Translations under genes and position numbers: made by a program
Part shown: piece after piece, positions 39,601 to 48,524 of the stretch
Layout: every line of letters starts with the position of its first letter
Position numbering within the stretch: the first letter of the stretch is position 1
The notes under the pieces: model-generated
The model's input: only the letters and a program-made list of their open reading frames with translations
What the model was told of the DNA's origin: nothing
Database searches by the model: none
Assembly: GCF_000002075.1 (NCBI RefSeq)
Contig: NW_004797285.1
Location: forward strand, 2,618,134-2,682,133
Source of the DNA: Aplysia californica
Taxonomy: Eukaryota
Length of the DNA: 64,000 bases
Reading direction: 5' to 3'

Positions 39601-42600
39601 GTAAAGTGAGGTAAGGTAAGGTAAGGTAAGATAAGGTAAGATAAGGTAAAGTGAGGTAAGGTAAGGTAAGTTAAGGTAAGGTAAGTTAAAGTAAGGTAAG
39701 GTAAGGTAAGATAAGGTAAAGTAAGGTAAGGTAAGATAAACCATATCTGAGAGTCTGTCCTTCTTACTTTGACTCCCTCTCTCACTTTCTCATTTACCAC
39801 TGCCTTTATCACTGTCTGCTTTTCCATCTCCTTCCCTGTTCAATTTCTTGTCCGTTGTTTTCCACTCAACATAATACCCATTTCATAAAATTACAGTGGT
39901 GGAGTCCAAGGATGAAAACCGACGCAAGAAGAGACAGTTCAGAGCTCAAGTGTGCCTGGCTCTAGACATGGACAAGCATGTACTGAGGCAGATCAAGGGT
40001 CGTCGTCTTGAGAAGATGGAGCCTGGTGTGTACAAGTCGACCCTGAGCTGCAAGCAGCCGGTGGTCATCGAGAAACACTGGCAGGAGCCATCGGTGGAGG
40101 AGCAAGACAAGCACCACTCTGTGCACAAACTACAGGTGGGGAAGATGAGTCAAACTCATTGCTTGTACTTGTACAGAAGACAATCATTTTGTAGTCTTGT
40201 TACTTTTTTAACACACTTTTCTCGCATTGGTTTTATATGAGTCTACTACCTTACAAGACACTTAATACCTAAGTTCCGAAGTGGGCCTCATGCTGTGGGA
40301 TTTTACGGCTCTACTTTTTGTAATTTTGGACCATCTGACACTACAAAGAGCTTGGCAGCGTTGGATTAAAGAAAAGATGAAAGCCTTATGGTAGAGAGAA
40401 TATGGTGTATGAGTGGTATTCCCCCTCTCCCTGCCCCAAAGCATGGCTGTTGTATCGTCTGTTGGTTGGACAGCAGATTATTGGTTATGTACCTCAAGCT
40501 GCTTAGATTATATTTGTGAGGTATGCCTACAAAATGAGTTAGTTCTCAGATTTCAACCTAAATGGAAATTGATACATCAACTTTATAGGGGGAGTTTGTA
40601 CAATGTGTATGTATGGAATAATAAAAGATACCGTAGACTTGAAGAAAATGACATCAATTTAAAATCTATTAACCTGACCCCAGTGTCAATTTTCGGCCGA
40701 AATCTCATTTTCTTGGATTGCAAGAAGTTACTCATTTTGTCAGCACGCCTCACATTTTTTAACATTTCAATGAAACTGCTGACTATTGTAGGCCTATATA
40801 AAGTGATTTCTAATAAATTATTTCAGAGCATCACTTATTGTTATGTTAGTTGCTGTAGGAGTGAAGTTATAAGATGGTAGTCTTTATCGTTCAAACTCTG
40901 GAAACTGTGAATTGCTGTAAATGCTTCTGTTGTCTTATTCTTCACTAGTTGGACCACTGTCTTGTATTTAAGGTAGACCTGCTTCTCATTCTCTCAATTA
41001 TATTTGAATAGCAAAGTGCTAGAACTATTTTTTTTAAAAGGAAAATTTATTTTACCTTTCCTCAGAACTTTTTGTGCTCTTTGATTTATCTGAAATTTTA
41101 AAAACTGTAGGATTCTTTGGAATTTTCAACATTGTTAAACTCTACGAAAGTATTTTGAATATAATTAATAATTTAAGCATGGAAACTTAAAAACATTGTA
41201 TTCATTGTCCATGTTTGTTTACAAGCTTCTCTATAATGTAGTTACTAGTAATTTTCCTTTGTTGTTTGTTTGCAGATACATCTTGGAGAAATTCGAGTGC
41301 ATCAGTCGGACAGGAAGTCAGAGCACACTGGAGTTAATTTTGACAGCAAACTTTATCAGCAACCAAATATGGTATGCAGTGTTTACTTACTTTTTCTTTT
41401 GACATTTTGACGTGATTGATATTTTCTATGGATAAAAAGGACTTTTGTGTTATCCCAAGGTGCAGTGATGTATCTGACTAAATCCAGTTTTTTAGTTTCA
41501 TACATTTGTTACACTGGCTTGTATTATATCTTTTTTATGTCAAAGGCAATATCACATATCTACATCTGAAATAGCAACTTTTATGTGATTGATCTCGACC
41601 ATACTGTCAATGGCGGGATGATGAATTTATATTTCATCGCAACCTTGTTTAGAAGCATTCATCACTTATGACAGGTTAAGCGTAAAAAGTTTTTTGCTGC
41701 TTTTTTTAAAAATCGTGAAATGTGCAGTTACATCGTTCTGCCTTTGGAAGTCACTGTGATGACAATATTCACTTTGAAGTAATTTGTGGTAGGCCTCTCA
41801 ATGAATCTGCCAAATTTAGTTTATATCTAAGGATTCACACTATTTATTCTTCTGTACTTAAGATTGAATGTTTTGTGTGGCATTGAGGAGAATATAAGGA
41901 TATCATAAACACTCCCTCTAGTGCTTCTGGTTATATTTTTCTTCTATAGAAATTAGATTTTTCTAAACTTTGTTTTCAATTTATTCTCAAATTCAAATAC
42001 CAGTTTGCTAACCCCCCCCCCCCCCCCCCCCCAACCAAAATGAACAAAATAATAATATTACGGTAATTTATCTGATACGTTTGTTATCCTTTTTAAAAAT
42101 GGTCAGATCATAGTATTAAATGATGGGTCTTCCTTTTCCAGAAAAGAGTATTGGTGTACCCCAATGGAGAGACAGCAGAGAGATGTGTGAACGTATGGGG
42201 AGAAAATATTGATGAAATACTGGAAAGTGCTACTCAGAAACTAGGCCTATGGAAACAAGCTAGAATTCTTTACAGCTTGGATGGCAAAAGGGTAAGTGTG
42301 GATTCTCATTTTTGCAAAAAAGAATATTTTGAAAATTCAGAAATGAAAATTTGGCATCGGTGAATTTTCATACTATGGAGAGAACTATTTTGTTTCTCTT
42401 TTAAATATTTAAAATATTTGACCGGCCATTTCTATTATAAGGATTCAAGTTATGTTAGCATAATATTTATTCTTGAGTAGTTAGTAGGTGTACCTTTGAC
42501 CTCTTTTTATTGTGGTGACTCTTGCTCAAATCCACTCTTTACAAAACCTGGCATTTTTTTTTGCGGTCCCTCAATGTATAAACCATCTCTTTACTAGGGA

Positions 42601-43664
42601 AATAAATTGTTGTGGGAGGAATGAAACTAACCACTCTCAGATACAAAGATCGCTTTTATTATTGTGTTCTTTTGTGGATCCAGATAGAATAAAAAATCTT
42701 TGCCTTCATGCATTGTTCCACATTAGAAGCTAATAACACACATGTTTGACGTCAAAGGGTTACACCTATAACAATTTGGAATTCTGTTCTTTTTGCTCAA
42801 TAAATAATAGGAAAAGCAAACGTAAAGGAAACTCGTAGAATTTGATGTTTTCATCCTTTTTCAAAGTTGAAAATCTTAGTCACTCACAGTTATTCATGTC
42901 TGACATTTTGGCTTCTAAACAGATTGAAACATTTGACGAAGTCCAGCGTGACCAGCTGTTGTGTGTCTCGACGGGGAAATCATTCCTGCAGCCGACAAAC
43001 CAAAAGGTCAACATAGAAGTGAAAGCCAACTGGGGCAGGGCACGCAAGCAGTATGGCCACCGTGCCACAGATGTTATCGTTGATGTACAGAAAAACCCAC
43101 AAGTTGATGTAAGTTTTTGGCTTATTGCTGAATCATATCAACAGTAACAATAATAAACTGTATTTGTATAGTGCAAATTCCTGCTTAACAGCATGCTCTA
43201 TTCTCTTTACAATCTATAAAAAAGCTAAATATTGGTGAAATCTCCTCCCTTACCAGTATTGATGACTATCTTTCTGCTTTTCTATTTGTTAAATTGTCTG
43301 ATCTGCCCAGCTACAAGTCACTTCCTTCATCTTTTAAATTGTTTGCATTTCTTTTTGTCTATCTCTCCATTTGTCTTTATGACATGACTGTGTGTTTGTA
43401 TGGCACGTGGATGTTTGCTTTTTGTAAGTGAGCACACATGCTTACAAATCTGATGTAACAGTTGTACCTTGTGAGATGTTGAAACTTATTGGTTTGTATA
43501 TTATTATATGAAATGTGCGGTTATAGCCCGATAGAGTAACCCAAATTTCCATACATTATAAAGGAGTAGCTAAATCTCTTCTTCCCTTTACATTTTCTCG
43601 ACAGGTGGATCCGTTTGGCCCGCCTCAGCTTGCACTTCCAGTGGAGGAGAAAAAAAGCTCATAA
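961..43664 (+). CDS. DCDC1: Doublecortin domain-containing protein 1 (full-length DCDC1/DCDC5 type), 40 coding exons, ~1878 aa
   Basis: All introns are GT-AG with consistent phases; CDS sum 5637 nt ending TAA at 43662-43664. DCX motifs (KAYAYING...FLEFATEKLDLPFAARRIFLEDG...IYISMGEKF; VRVMVFKNG; LKVLENG; LRVLKNG...LPFAARRLFD; VKVMVYKNG; KRVLVYPNG) and ricin-B QxW segments follow the order I recall for vertebrate DCDC1. Confidence 0.9.
1192..1412. repeat. Degenerate (TCTAGA/AGATCT)n repeat
   Basis: Direct reading. Confidence 0.75.
1541..1672 (+). repeat. 67-bp tandem duplication
   Basis: GACTTTCTCTGGAAGTTAAAGCATCTCG... at 1541 and 1608. Confidence 0.9.
1755..2188 (+). mobile_element. Sola1-like MITE family A (~430 bp)
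   Basis: ~34-bp TIRs GTGAGGCAGCGTGGTGGAATCAGGCTCTCGTCAA, ATTT TSD on both sides. Confidence 0.8.
2201..2556 (+). mobile_element. MITE family A, 3'-truncated copy
   Basis: Collinear with 1755-2188; right TIR missing. Confidence 0.7.
3812..3979 (+). CDS. DCDC1: DCDC1 exon 2
   Basis: ttttcag|...SYEDLLVAQYLDELKRQ...|gtatgt. Confidence 0.8.
4113..8466 (+). mobile_element. Decayed Ty3/Gypsy (Mag-like) LTR retrotransposon in DCDC1 intron 2
   Basis: 5' LTR ~4113-4316; tRNA-Leu-type PBS TGGTGGCAGCGGT 4317-4329; gag (PPKLFDGKAESWPRW; two degenerate CCHC knuckles ~5053-5160); protease FKLDTGA; RT CHIDDILIHG ~6103-6132; RNase H ADAS; integrase H-C-C remnant and SDNGPQF; PPT ~8411-8421; 45 bp of 3' LTR at 8422-8466. 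Many stops and frameshifts. Confidence 0.93.
4371..8150 (+). pseudogene. Disrupted gag-pol of the Gypsy element
   Basis: ORF fragments 4260-4781, 5283-5573, 5527-5808, 5780-6079, 6436-6747, 7147-7413 and 7479-7880 lie in shifting frames, in PR-RT-RH-IN order. Confidence 0.9.
8467..8957. mobile_element. Right-end remnant of a pogo/Tc1-like MITE
   Basis: Ends CGTTGAATCCGAGTTCCACTG|TA with a subterminal partner GATTCAACG at ~8901; left TIR absent. Confidence 0.45.
9177..9392 (+). CDS. DCDC1: DCDC1 exon 3
   Basis: GQPSPYLQRLP...RPASAPVRRVR|gtaaga. Confidence 0.8.
9487..9697. other. Assembly gap
   Basis: N run. Confidence 0.98.
9775..9905. repeat. Degenerate (GAT)n microsatellite
   Basis: Direct reading. 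Confidence 0.8.
9931..10971. mobile_element. Non-autonomous piggyBac-like element (1041 bp)
   Basis: TTAA|CTCATTCGCTACG ... CGTAGCGAATGAG|TTAA; perfect 13-bp TIRs, no ORF. Confidence 0.82.
11613..11653 (+). CDS. DCDC1: DCDC1 exon 4 (41-nt small exon)
   Basis: cacag|RPLSGVSQRSRPPSG|gtgagg; needed to convert phase 2 to phase 1. Confidence 0.75.
12429..12535 (+). CDS. DCDC1: DCDC1 exon 5 (DCX1 start)
   Basis: VFKQLPHLVKAYAYINGCREKFAYLAAPNIKI|gtaagc. Confidence 0.88.
13516..13678 (+). CDS. DCDC1: DCDC1 exon 6 (DCX1)
   Basis: FLEFATEKLDLPFAARRIFLEDG...ISMGEKFKDPY|gtgagt. Confidence 0.92.
14352..14457 (+). CDS. DCDC1: DCDC1 exon 7
   Basis: WTLTGIVLPEKGRKKGVKPRLSRRMR. Confidence 0.88.
14815..14914 (+). 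CDS. DCDC1: DCDC1 exon 8 (DCX2 start)
   Basis: TVRVMVFKNGDCKEPIDVVADLENLDC|gtaagt. Confidence 0.9.
15412..15505 (+). CDS. DCDC1: DCDC1 exon 9
   Basis: FLAASTAKLGLQIPAKAAYDVEGNRVTSLS|gtaagc. Confidence 0.88.
16106..16281 (+). CDS. DCDC1: DCDC1 exon 10
   Basis: ...GPLWVSTGG...KRLTKYKED|gtaatt. Confidence 0.88.
16699..16788 (+). CDS. DCDC1: DCDC1 exon 11
   Basis: IDSALDNDENVTDPEIAKLSVDELYESSAE|gttagt. Confidence 0.85.
17088..17162 (+). CDS. DCDC1: DCDC1 exon 12
   Basis: VEEEIPQCKERISLVKEQLEAITKK|gtattg. Confidence 0.85.
17459..17634. other. Assembly gap
   Basis: N run. Confidence 0.98.
17874..17936 (+). CDS. DCDC1: DCDC1 exon 13
   Basis: EEHSFKGTKEALYKIYGINLK|gtgagt. Confidence 0.8.
18450..18548 (+). 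CDS. DCDC1: DCDC1 exon 14 (DCX3 start)
   Basis: VLENGKPDGEFTHFFNLTEARKGGFSKEYYLQK|gtatgt. Confidence 0.87.
18593..18800 (-). mobile_element. Degenerate SINE related to 48525-48745
   Basis: Reverse complement contains GGACATTAAG and a ...GTGTTGAG...ATTAAA tail. Confidence 0.4.
18939..19349 (+). mobile_element. MITE family A copy
   Basis: Same TIRs and interior; flanks ATCT/ATAT. Confidence 0.8.
19583..19754 (+). CDS. DCDC1: DCDC1 exon 15 (DCX3)
   Basis: LLEELSN...AQKLFDQFGNEIKDVTKLSDDQLVWISFGEPF. Confidence 0.9.
20231..20345 (+). CDS. DCDC1: DCDC1 exon 16
   Basis: YCLQVFLDKAVKLTGPNG...EMVK|gtaggt. Confidence 0.85.
20629..20925 (+). mobile_element. TTAA-flanked MITE family C
   Basis: TTAA flanks; shares the AGACCCACTA(C/T)GCCAGG and GAGCC..GGCTC ends with 57891-58170 and ~52200-52403. 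Confidence 0.6.
22133..22277 (+). CDS. DCDC1: DCDC1 exon 17
   Basis: ASHWEATIGFP...SHYLLLK|gtattt. Confidence 0.87.
22298..22701 (-). mobile_element. MITE family A copy
   Basis: Reverse orientation, ATAT TSD, 20 bp from the exon 17 donor. Confidence 0.8.
23154..23237 (+). CDS. DCDC1: DCDC1 exon 18
   Basis: DLHDFALYPELGFEEKTQGRKQVFVISK|gtaatc. Confidence 0.85.
23398..23633 (+). mobile_element. Sola1-like MITE family B (236 bp)
   Basis: TIRs GTGAAGTGTGCTGACAAAATGAGTTACTTCTC / GAGAAGTAACTCATTTTGTCAGCACGCCTCAC, ATTT TSD. Confidence 0.85.
24630..24818 (+). CDS. DCDC1: DCDC1 exon 19 (ricin-B-like)
   Basis: SGQIYCKAYPQLCLAVS...VTLQKKMVGNPSQIWRF. Confidence 0.9.
25358..25509 (+). CDS. DCDC1: DCDC1 exon 20
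   Basis: AQPSLLLTFLG...KDLSAQR|gtaagg. Confidence 0.88.
26016..26139 (+). CDS. DCDC1: DCDC1 exon 21
   Basis: FAFKQEKFENLGQWK...NPEWNKQAYSWPV. Confidence 0.9.
26353..26437 (+). CDS. DCDC1: DCDC1 exon 22
   Basis: EYDWPMEGYLIPNAPPLHK|gtaagt. Confidence 0.9.
27358..27443 (+). CDS. DCDC1: DCDC1 exon 23 (DCX4 start)
   Basis: PVRLRVLKNGERSPEDAISVVGPNLTK|gtgagt. Confidence 0.9.
27512..27570. repeat. (CAA)n microsatellite
   Basis: Direct reading; intron 23. Confidence 0.95.
27688..27837 (+). CDS. DCDC1: DCDC1 exon 24
   Basis: MLKDNAKKEQ...TQLEVLM|gtgagt. Confidence 0.87.
29003..29249 (+). CDS. DCDC1: DCDC1 exon 25 (DCX4)
   Basis: FLDHCTCLLNLPFAARRLFDAKG...IYVSCGEAW. Confidence 0.92.
30289..30478 (+). 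CDS. DCDC1: DCDC1 exon 26
   Basis: YVLEMEGPL...QDSRDL|gtacgt. Confidence 0.85.
31326..32987. mobile_element. Non-autonomous Sola-like DNA transposon (1662 bp)
   Basis: TIRs GAGCTTTTGCCAATAGGTGGG / CCCACCTATTGGCAAAGGCTC, ATAT TSD, internal ~350-bp direct duplication. Confidence 0.78.
33366..33518 (+). CDS. DCDC1: DCDC1 exon 27
   Basis: SAHEKSHLRSEERMNTLKWPWE...YEKFK. Confidence 0.88.
33556..33617. repeat. (AAT)n microsatellite, likely the tail of a - strand L2/SINE remnant
   Basis: Direct reading. Confidence 0.9.
33746..33956. other. Assembly gap
   Basis: N run. Confidence 0.98.
34180..34371 (+). CDS. DCDC1: DCDC1 exon 28
   Basis: QRFVFEDGFI...KRKPDCIYQRWFITETG. Confidence 0.9.
34674..34885 (+). 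CDS. DCDC1: DCDC1 exon 29
   Basis: EIRSRVNQHLVLTV...GKAHQRWRYDAETG. Confidence 0.9.
35184..35368 (+). mobile_element. 185-bp retroposon (SINE or LINE 3' end), family E
   Basis: 11-bp TSD GAGCCAAGAAT (35173-35183 and 35369-35379) and an AAAACT-repeat tail. Related copies at ~16450-16633(-), 22745-22925(+), 33130-33260(+), 61065-61232(-). Confidence 0.8.
35730..35800 (+). CDS. DCDC1: DCDC1 exon 30
   Basis: EITAANKADVCTYSIAQKVDIDQP|gtaagc. Confidence 0.9.
36132..36273 (+). CDS. DCDC1: DCDC1 exon 31
   Basis: GYIVEIP...VCISCARAMRG...FHCAMGE. Confidence 0.9.
36588..36823 (+). mobile_element. MITE family B, identical copy
   Basis: Identical by eye to 23398-23633; AATT TSD. Confidence 0.85.
36905..37164 (+). 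CDS. DCDC1: DCDC1 exon 32 (DCX5 start)
   Basis: GSFKVL...DLSTFEADITLRFWQ...VKVMVYKNGEG. Confidence 0.92.
37894..38074 (+). CDS. DCDC1: DCDC1 exon 33
   Basis: ILVQCTHRLGMSNAARRMYLEDG. Confidence 0.9.
38736..38975 (+). CDS. DCDC1: DCDC1 exon 34 (acidic, low complexity)
   Basis: NKSLLEEEEDEMARLERLQK...EEDSEQK|gtcagt; symmetric phase 1. Confidence 0.82.
39328..39471 (+). CDS. DCDC1: DCDC1 exon 35
   Basis: LDVEEAQK...ILRAPIEVWVSSNKAFVSPE|gtgaat. Confidence 0.88.
39490..39738 (+). repeat. Compound (AAGAT)n/(AAGGT)n pentanucleotide array
   Basis: Direct reading. Confidence 0.95.
39897..40135 (+). CDS. DCDC1: DCDC1 exon 36
   Basis: LDMDKHVLRQIKGRR...QPVVIEKHWQE. Confidence 0.9.
40516..40753 (+). 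mobile_element. MITE family B, diverged copy
   Basis: Same TIRs, diverged interior, ATTT TSD. Confidence 0.75.
41276..41371 (+). CDS. DCDC1: DCDC1 exon 37
   Basis: IHLGEIRVHQ...LYQQPNM|gtatgc. Confidence 0.87.
42142..42291 (+). CDS. DCDC1: DCDC1 exon 38 (DCX6 start)
   Basis: KRVLVYPNG...WGENIDEILESATQKLGL...LYSLDG. Confidence 0.92.
42923..43108 (+). CDS. DCDC1: DCDC1 exon 39
   Basis: FDEVQRDQLLCVSTGKSF...EVKANWGRARKQYG. Confidence 0.92.
43605..43664 (+). CDS. DCDC1: DCDC1 exon 40 (terminal)
   Basis: acag|VDPFGPPQLALPVEEKKSS*. Confidence 0.85.
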   Translation: MDPFGPPQLALPVEEKKSS

Positions 43665-46250
43665 ATCTTCTGGCTAGCCCAAGGAGTTCTGACTGTAACA
43701 TAATGAAATATACACATGAAATATGTACCAACTGATGAAGCTGTGATATCATATAGGCCTACTGTCCTAGGAAATACAGAAAGGTGCATAGTTTAAGTAA
43801 AACGCTATTGAGACAAAGGTGACTTTGCTTACAAATTTATGTTTTAAACTCTCTGCTTTATGCCAGTTGTCTCTTCTACTGAATACTCTTTTTTTGTATT
43901 GCCATGTTTGTTAAAAGAATTGTTGGATTTCTTTAGAGTAAAGTGAGGGAAATGAGAAGAGAAGGAGAAGCGGAGGTACTATATTTCTTTGTAATAACGT
44001 GTGTGCTGCTGTTGAATATGAAAGTGGGGATTGTCTCCATAACTCTGTAAGTGAAAGAACATATTTTTTACTCATCTGCATCTTTTGATCTTAACCCTTC
44101 ATCAGCACTCAAAACAAGTATTGTTTACTTTATAATGGAAAATGTTTCAGGAGGTAACACTCCTGTTGCCGGAGAAGGATGTAAGCTTTGGGTTCAAACA
44201 AGATCATCTGCTCACTGAATGTTGAGACTCTCTAGCCTCTCCTAAGACCAGGAAGTGCACACATTTATGGAAAAATGCTGACTGACATGTGTCACATACT
44301 TGACAAGGGTAAAACAGATTCTTAAGGTTAGGGGCATAACCGACATCTGGAACATTTTTATAGCCCTTTTTATTTATTCAACAGGCCCCACCAGTGATAA
44401 GTAACATCCTGAAATAGATAGCTTAATAAAAGTGTGGTACTTGGAAGAACTCTATAGGAAACTATACTGAACGTTCAGTTCAAGTTTTGTCATGTGAAGA
44501 GACTTTACCTTTATTCCTATGTTCAGTTTAGTAGTACTAGTTTTGGTGATGGTTTTTTAATTTTTGTGTTAGAAAATATACTTTGTAGTTGGGCTGTTTT
44601 TTTTGTTCTGTCTTGTTACATTGAAATTTCATGATAGCAAACATTTCAACAAGAGCTAGAGAGCACATCAACTTATTAATGTCATCAATGCTATTTGTTT
44701 ATGTTATAAAGTTTTGAGAGAGACTTTTCATTTGTGCACATGGTGGTGTATGCTGAGAAAGACACAATGCACCACTGAAAGGCTTACTCTGTGTGCCTCT
44801 TTTTTTGTCTGAGTTTACCTTGATGAACTGAATTGTGTTAACAATATCACAATTGCCTCTCTGGACTTGTTAACTATTCCGATCTCAGCAAAATATCGTC
44901 TCAAGAAATGTTGGGGTCAGTCCATTTGAACTTAATATTTTTTAAAGAAATCAAAATGTAACTCTTTTTGTTACAGATAATTATCTATTTGATTTAATTG
45001 TGGTACTTTTGTACTGTTGTTGCTTGAATGGAAATAACATGCCATGCATAATGAGATATATATGCTCATTTTTTAAATATATTTACTAGAAATGTTAAAT
45101 GGTTTATATTTTAAAGAATTTACATATTGTATGTTTCAGATTCATTTCTTTTCTCACATTTGCAATTTTGACAGTTGCATCAATTTCTAAAATTCATGAA
45201 CACAAATTTACGTTTTTTTACATTCTCACCATTTTCATTTCTTCTTGCAGTCTATATTTATATCCTTTTACTTTACTTTTATATCAAGAGATGTTTAATG
45301 ATTGACAATTTTATAAAACGTTTTATCTCACCATACAGTGGCTAATTGTTGAATGCTTTGAGCATTTTCATATGTTTGAACTTTCTAATGTGAAGATTTT
45401 GAAATACATCTGTTTAAAATACTTGATTGAAAGGCATAATGATTCACAACTATGCTGGGGAATTGAGTAATGCTGGGGAATTGAGTAATAAATGTCTGGG
45501 GTTTTTTTTACAGGTAGGGGCCTAAATGATTTTGTTGTTTGGTAATATCCACATTATTTCTTGCAGTTTCTGTTCCTAGTTCAGGTAAACTCTGTAGGAA
45601 GCCCAGAGTGCTGGGAGTAAAAATGTCTGTATTATAGAAAAAGCAACTTTTGTATTGACTTCAACCCTTCATTGTATATTAAGTTAATGAATCAATAAAG
45701 AAGGTTTTGTAAAGTTAGGCATTGAAGTTTGAAGAAGAGGTAAGGAAAATGCATGTCAAACTAAAGAAAGACAATTTTTAAACATTTCAAAGGACACTAA
45801 AATTTAAACTCTTATGTTTTATCTCTTTCTTTTTTAAAAATAAGTTGACTCATTGCCTTGGATAACATTGCTCTTTCCAAATTATGATCATCTATGTTAT
45901 CTATAAACGTCCTTGACTATAATCACCATAGGCCCAGTGAAAACTGTCTCACATTGGTACAACTGTATCAACAAATAAAGGTCTATTTTAATTATTACGG
46001 AAGAATATATTTGTTTAAATGTTATTGTACAACCTTGTTGACTTACAATAGTAATATACCAGTACACACATATACTGAGTTAGATTTAGCAAACTACTTC
46101 CAAACAATCATACTCTTCTTAGTCTGTAAAAACACATTACTCGGATAAGCAGATTTTTATATAGCTAACATGTTCATGATATATCCAAGACAGCACAACA
46201 CTGAGGCTATTAATTTCCCTTTGACAATGAAACCTGTGATACCTCCTTAA

Positions 46251-46409
46251 CTCTACGAGCCCCTAGTCCCCTGAGCCCATAGGAATCATGCACTGAAATG
46301 TTTTTGGGTTAACTGCTAGGATTGCACACTGAGTTGACTGAAGTATGAGTTTGGTGTGCAAAAGGGTTAAGGGCAGTACATGCTTAGGCATGCTCTTGGG
46401 TCTGTAGGG
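46251..46409. mobile_element. Small piggyBac-like MITE
   Basis: TTAA|CTCTACGAGCCC ... GGGTCTGTAGGG|TTAA; imperfect TIRs. Confidence 0.5.
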
Positions 46410-47146
46410 TTAAGGCTCCTGCTTTCTTGCCCATGTTGATTGAATTCGTGCTAATAAGAAAAGCCTTGAAGACTTATTTCAGTCTCTGCCTCATAGAAGT
46501 ATTGTCTCGCAATAGAATCTTTATCGTTTTAGTTTTTTGTGTGTGAAAATGATAGGCCCTAATGAATGGTGCCAACTTCTGAGACAAAGGAACTTTTCTT
46601 TTGGATCTAAACACAAAAAGTTCAGGAAAAAATTATTTGTAAGAGATGGGTTTACGGTGAGCTTTTTGGGGGAAGAGACAAAGAAATAAATACGCATTGT
46701 TTTTGTTAGCATTATGCATTTATTAAGACTCATACCAAAAAGATAATAATAAACAACACTGTGCTCTACTAAGTGTAAGCTTTCTTACAAGAGCGATAGG
46801 TAAACAGGGTCACTCAACACACATAACTGTTTACTGGAAATTCTAAGTGCACAATGTTCTTTCAAAGACTGAGTGTTTTCTGTCTTTCTTTTTTACACAC
46901 ACATGTTTCCTTGTGTTCCCATACAAGGATATTTTCCTGTTTTAAGAATTGAAGAAGTGAATATTGTTTTTTTAAATTGGTTCTGTTGTTTTTAATTCTT
47001 GTACTTCTATTCTTTGATATTAAAGTAGTGACAATAATTTATTATTGTTGTTCAAGTTATTTTAAAGACTTACTTATATGAAAATGCTCGGGTGCTTTGG
47101 TGTATTTAGTTTCTTCTCTTTCTACTTTGTGTTGCTATTGACATAT

Positions 47147-48384
47147 GTGTTTCATTGCGGTGAAATCAGGGGCTTGTCAAAAGGATGAAATCAAAGATAT
47201 TACCATTCTTCCGCCCATTGGGTAATTTTCGTCATTTTTTTTTCTCAACTCCTTACACAGTCAAACCTGTGTAAGACTGCCACCCATTATCAAGGAGAAA
47301 AGTGGCCGTATAAGACAGGTGGCCGTCTTAGGCAGGACTGATCAAGATGAAGAAAACAAACCATTCCCATCTGAGGTCCCAATCAAAAGTAGCCGCATTG
47401 TTGTTGTTTTTGTTGTTGTTGTTTTGTATTTTGTTTGTAATTTTTATTTTGATGCTGATTTTGCACAAGGGTGACAATAAAACGGAATGTATCAGACGAG
47501 GAAGACCGAATGCCATGTTAAAGCAAACATATGGGTCGCCACCACTCGGAGAACGAGGGACGCTACTGTCACACGTTCCTGTTGACGTCCATTGCTACTT
47601 TGTTACAGACTGGGTAAACAGTGACCTCTTATCTCACTTACGATTTGTGTGTGAGTTCTGGGCGGGGCTTAAGGGTTATGAGGGATCACACGCTTACCTC
47701 ACCAGCAGCTGAAAATTGGTACCTATTGGTCAACAGTGGGAGGGGCCTACGCAACATGATCGGTTGGAGGGACTACCTAACAACAACGACATAATTGAAT
47801 TATGACGGCTCGCCCACAGCGCCAGGGGCCAATGCACAATTTGTGACAAAACGTAATGGAGTCACTAAGATGGCCGTCTAAGACAGGTGTTATTGCTTTG
47901 TGTGATAGGGGTCGTGTGTTAAATTATGGTGGCCGCGGCCGCGTTGGACAGGTGCCCGTTTTACACAGTTAAATTATATAGAAAAAATGCAAGGGGGGAA
48001 ATGGAAAGTGGCCGTTTGTACAGGTGGCCGTCTTATAGAGGTGGCCGTCAGGCAAGGTTTGACTGTATATCCTTTTAATACACATTTCTGTGGGTGGATT
48101 TTGCTTTAAAAAGTTGACAAAGGGAACAGAAAATGTAAATTTGCAGTTTCTAAGGACACTCAAGCTTTGGAAATAAACTAAGTTTGGCGACCATTACTAA
48201 ATTTACTTCTAACACTACGAGACCCCACCTCCTTCAATCACAAATATTGCGACATTTATTCAAGATAGGTACTGTACTGGTAGGTATTTTTCATATAAAA
48301 GGAAAATGAACAGGCTGGTTCAGGATTATATCAATAACTTCAAACACCCGAGTACTGACGAGTGCCATGTCATGACACTGACAC
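47147..48384 (+). mobile_element. MITE family A copy split by a nested pogo-like MITE
   Basis: Family A sequence at 47147-47257 resumes at ~48068-48384. Confidence 0.65.
47258..48065 (+). mobile_element. pogo/Tc1-mariner-like MITE family D (~800 bp)
   Basis: CAGTCAAACC...GGTTTGACTG|TA; subterminal AGGTGGCCGTCT repeats; collinear with 62182-62976. Confidence 0.82.
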
Positions 48385-48524
48385 ACGTATAATTCTTCTT
48401 CCTAGCTAAATGCAATTTGTAGTATACTAAATAATCTTTTGTGCAGTGAACCTTAGTGAGAGTGGTTTTCAAACATACTGTTTCACAGTAGCTATTGTCC
48501 TAATTTGTTCATGACTAGATGTTG

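Noticed and set aside
39388-39827. LPYLT-repeat ORFs on the - strand
   Set aside because: Translation of the pentanucleotide repeat
47347-47712. ORF similar to 62424-62705, suggesting a duplicated small gene
   Set aside because: Both lie inside MITE family D; stop positions differ and I recognise no domain
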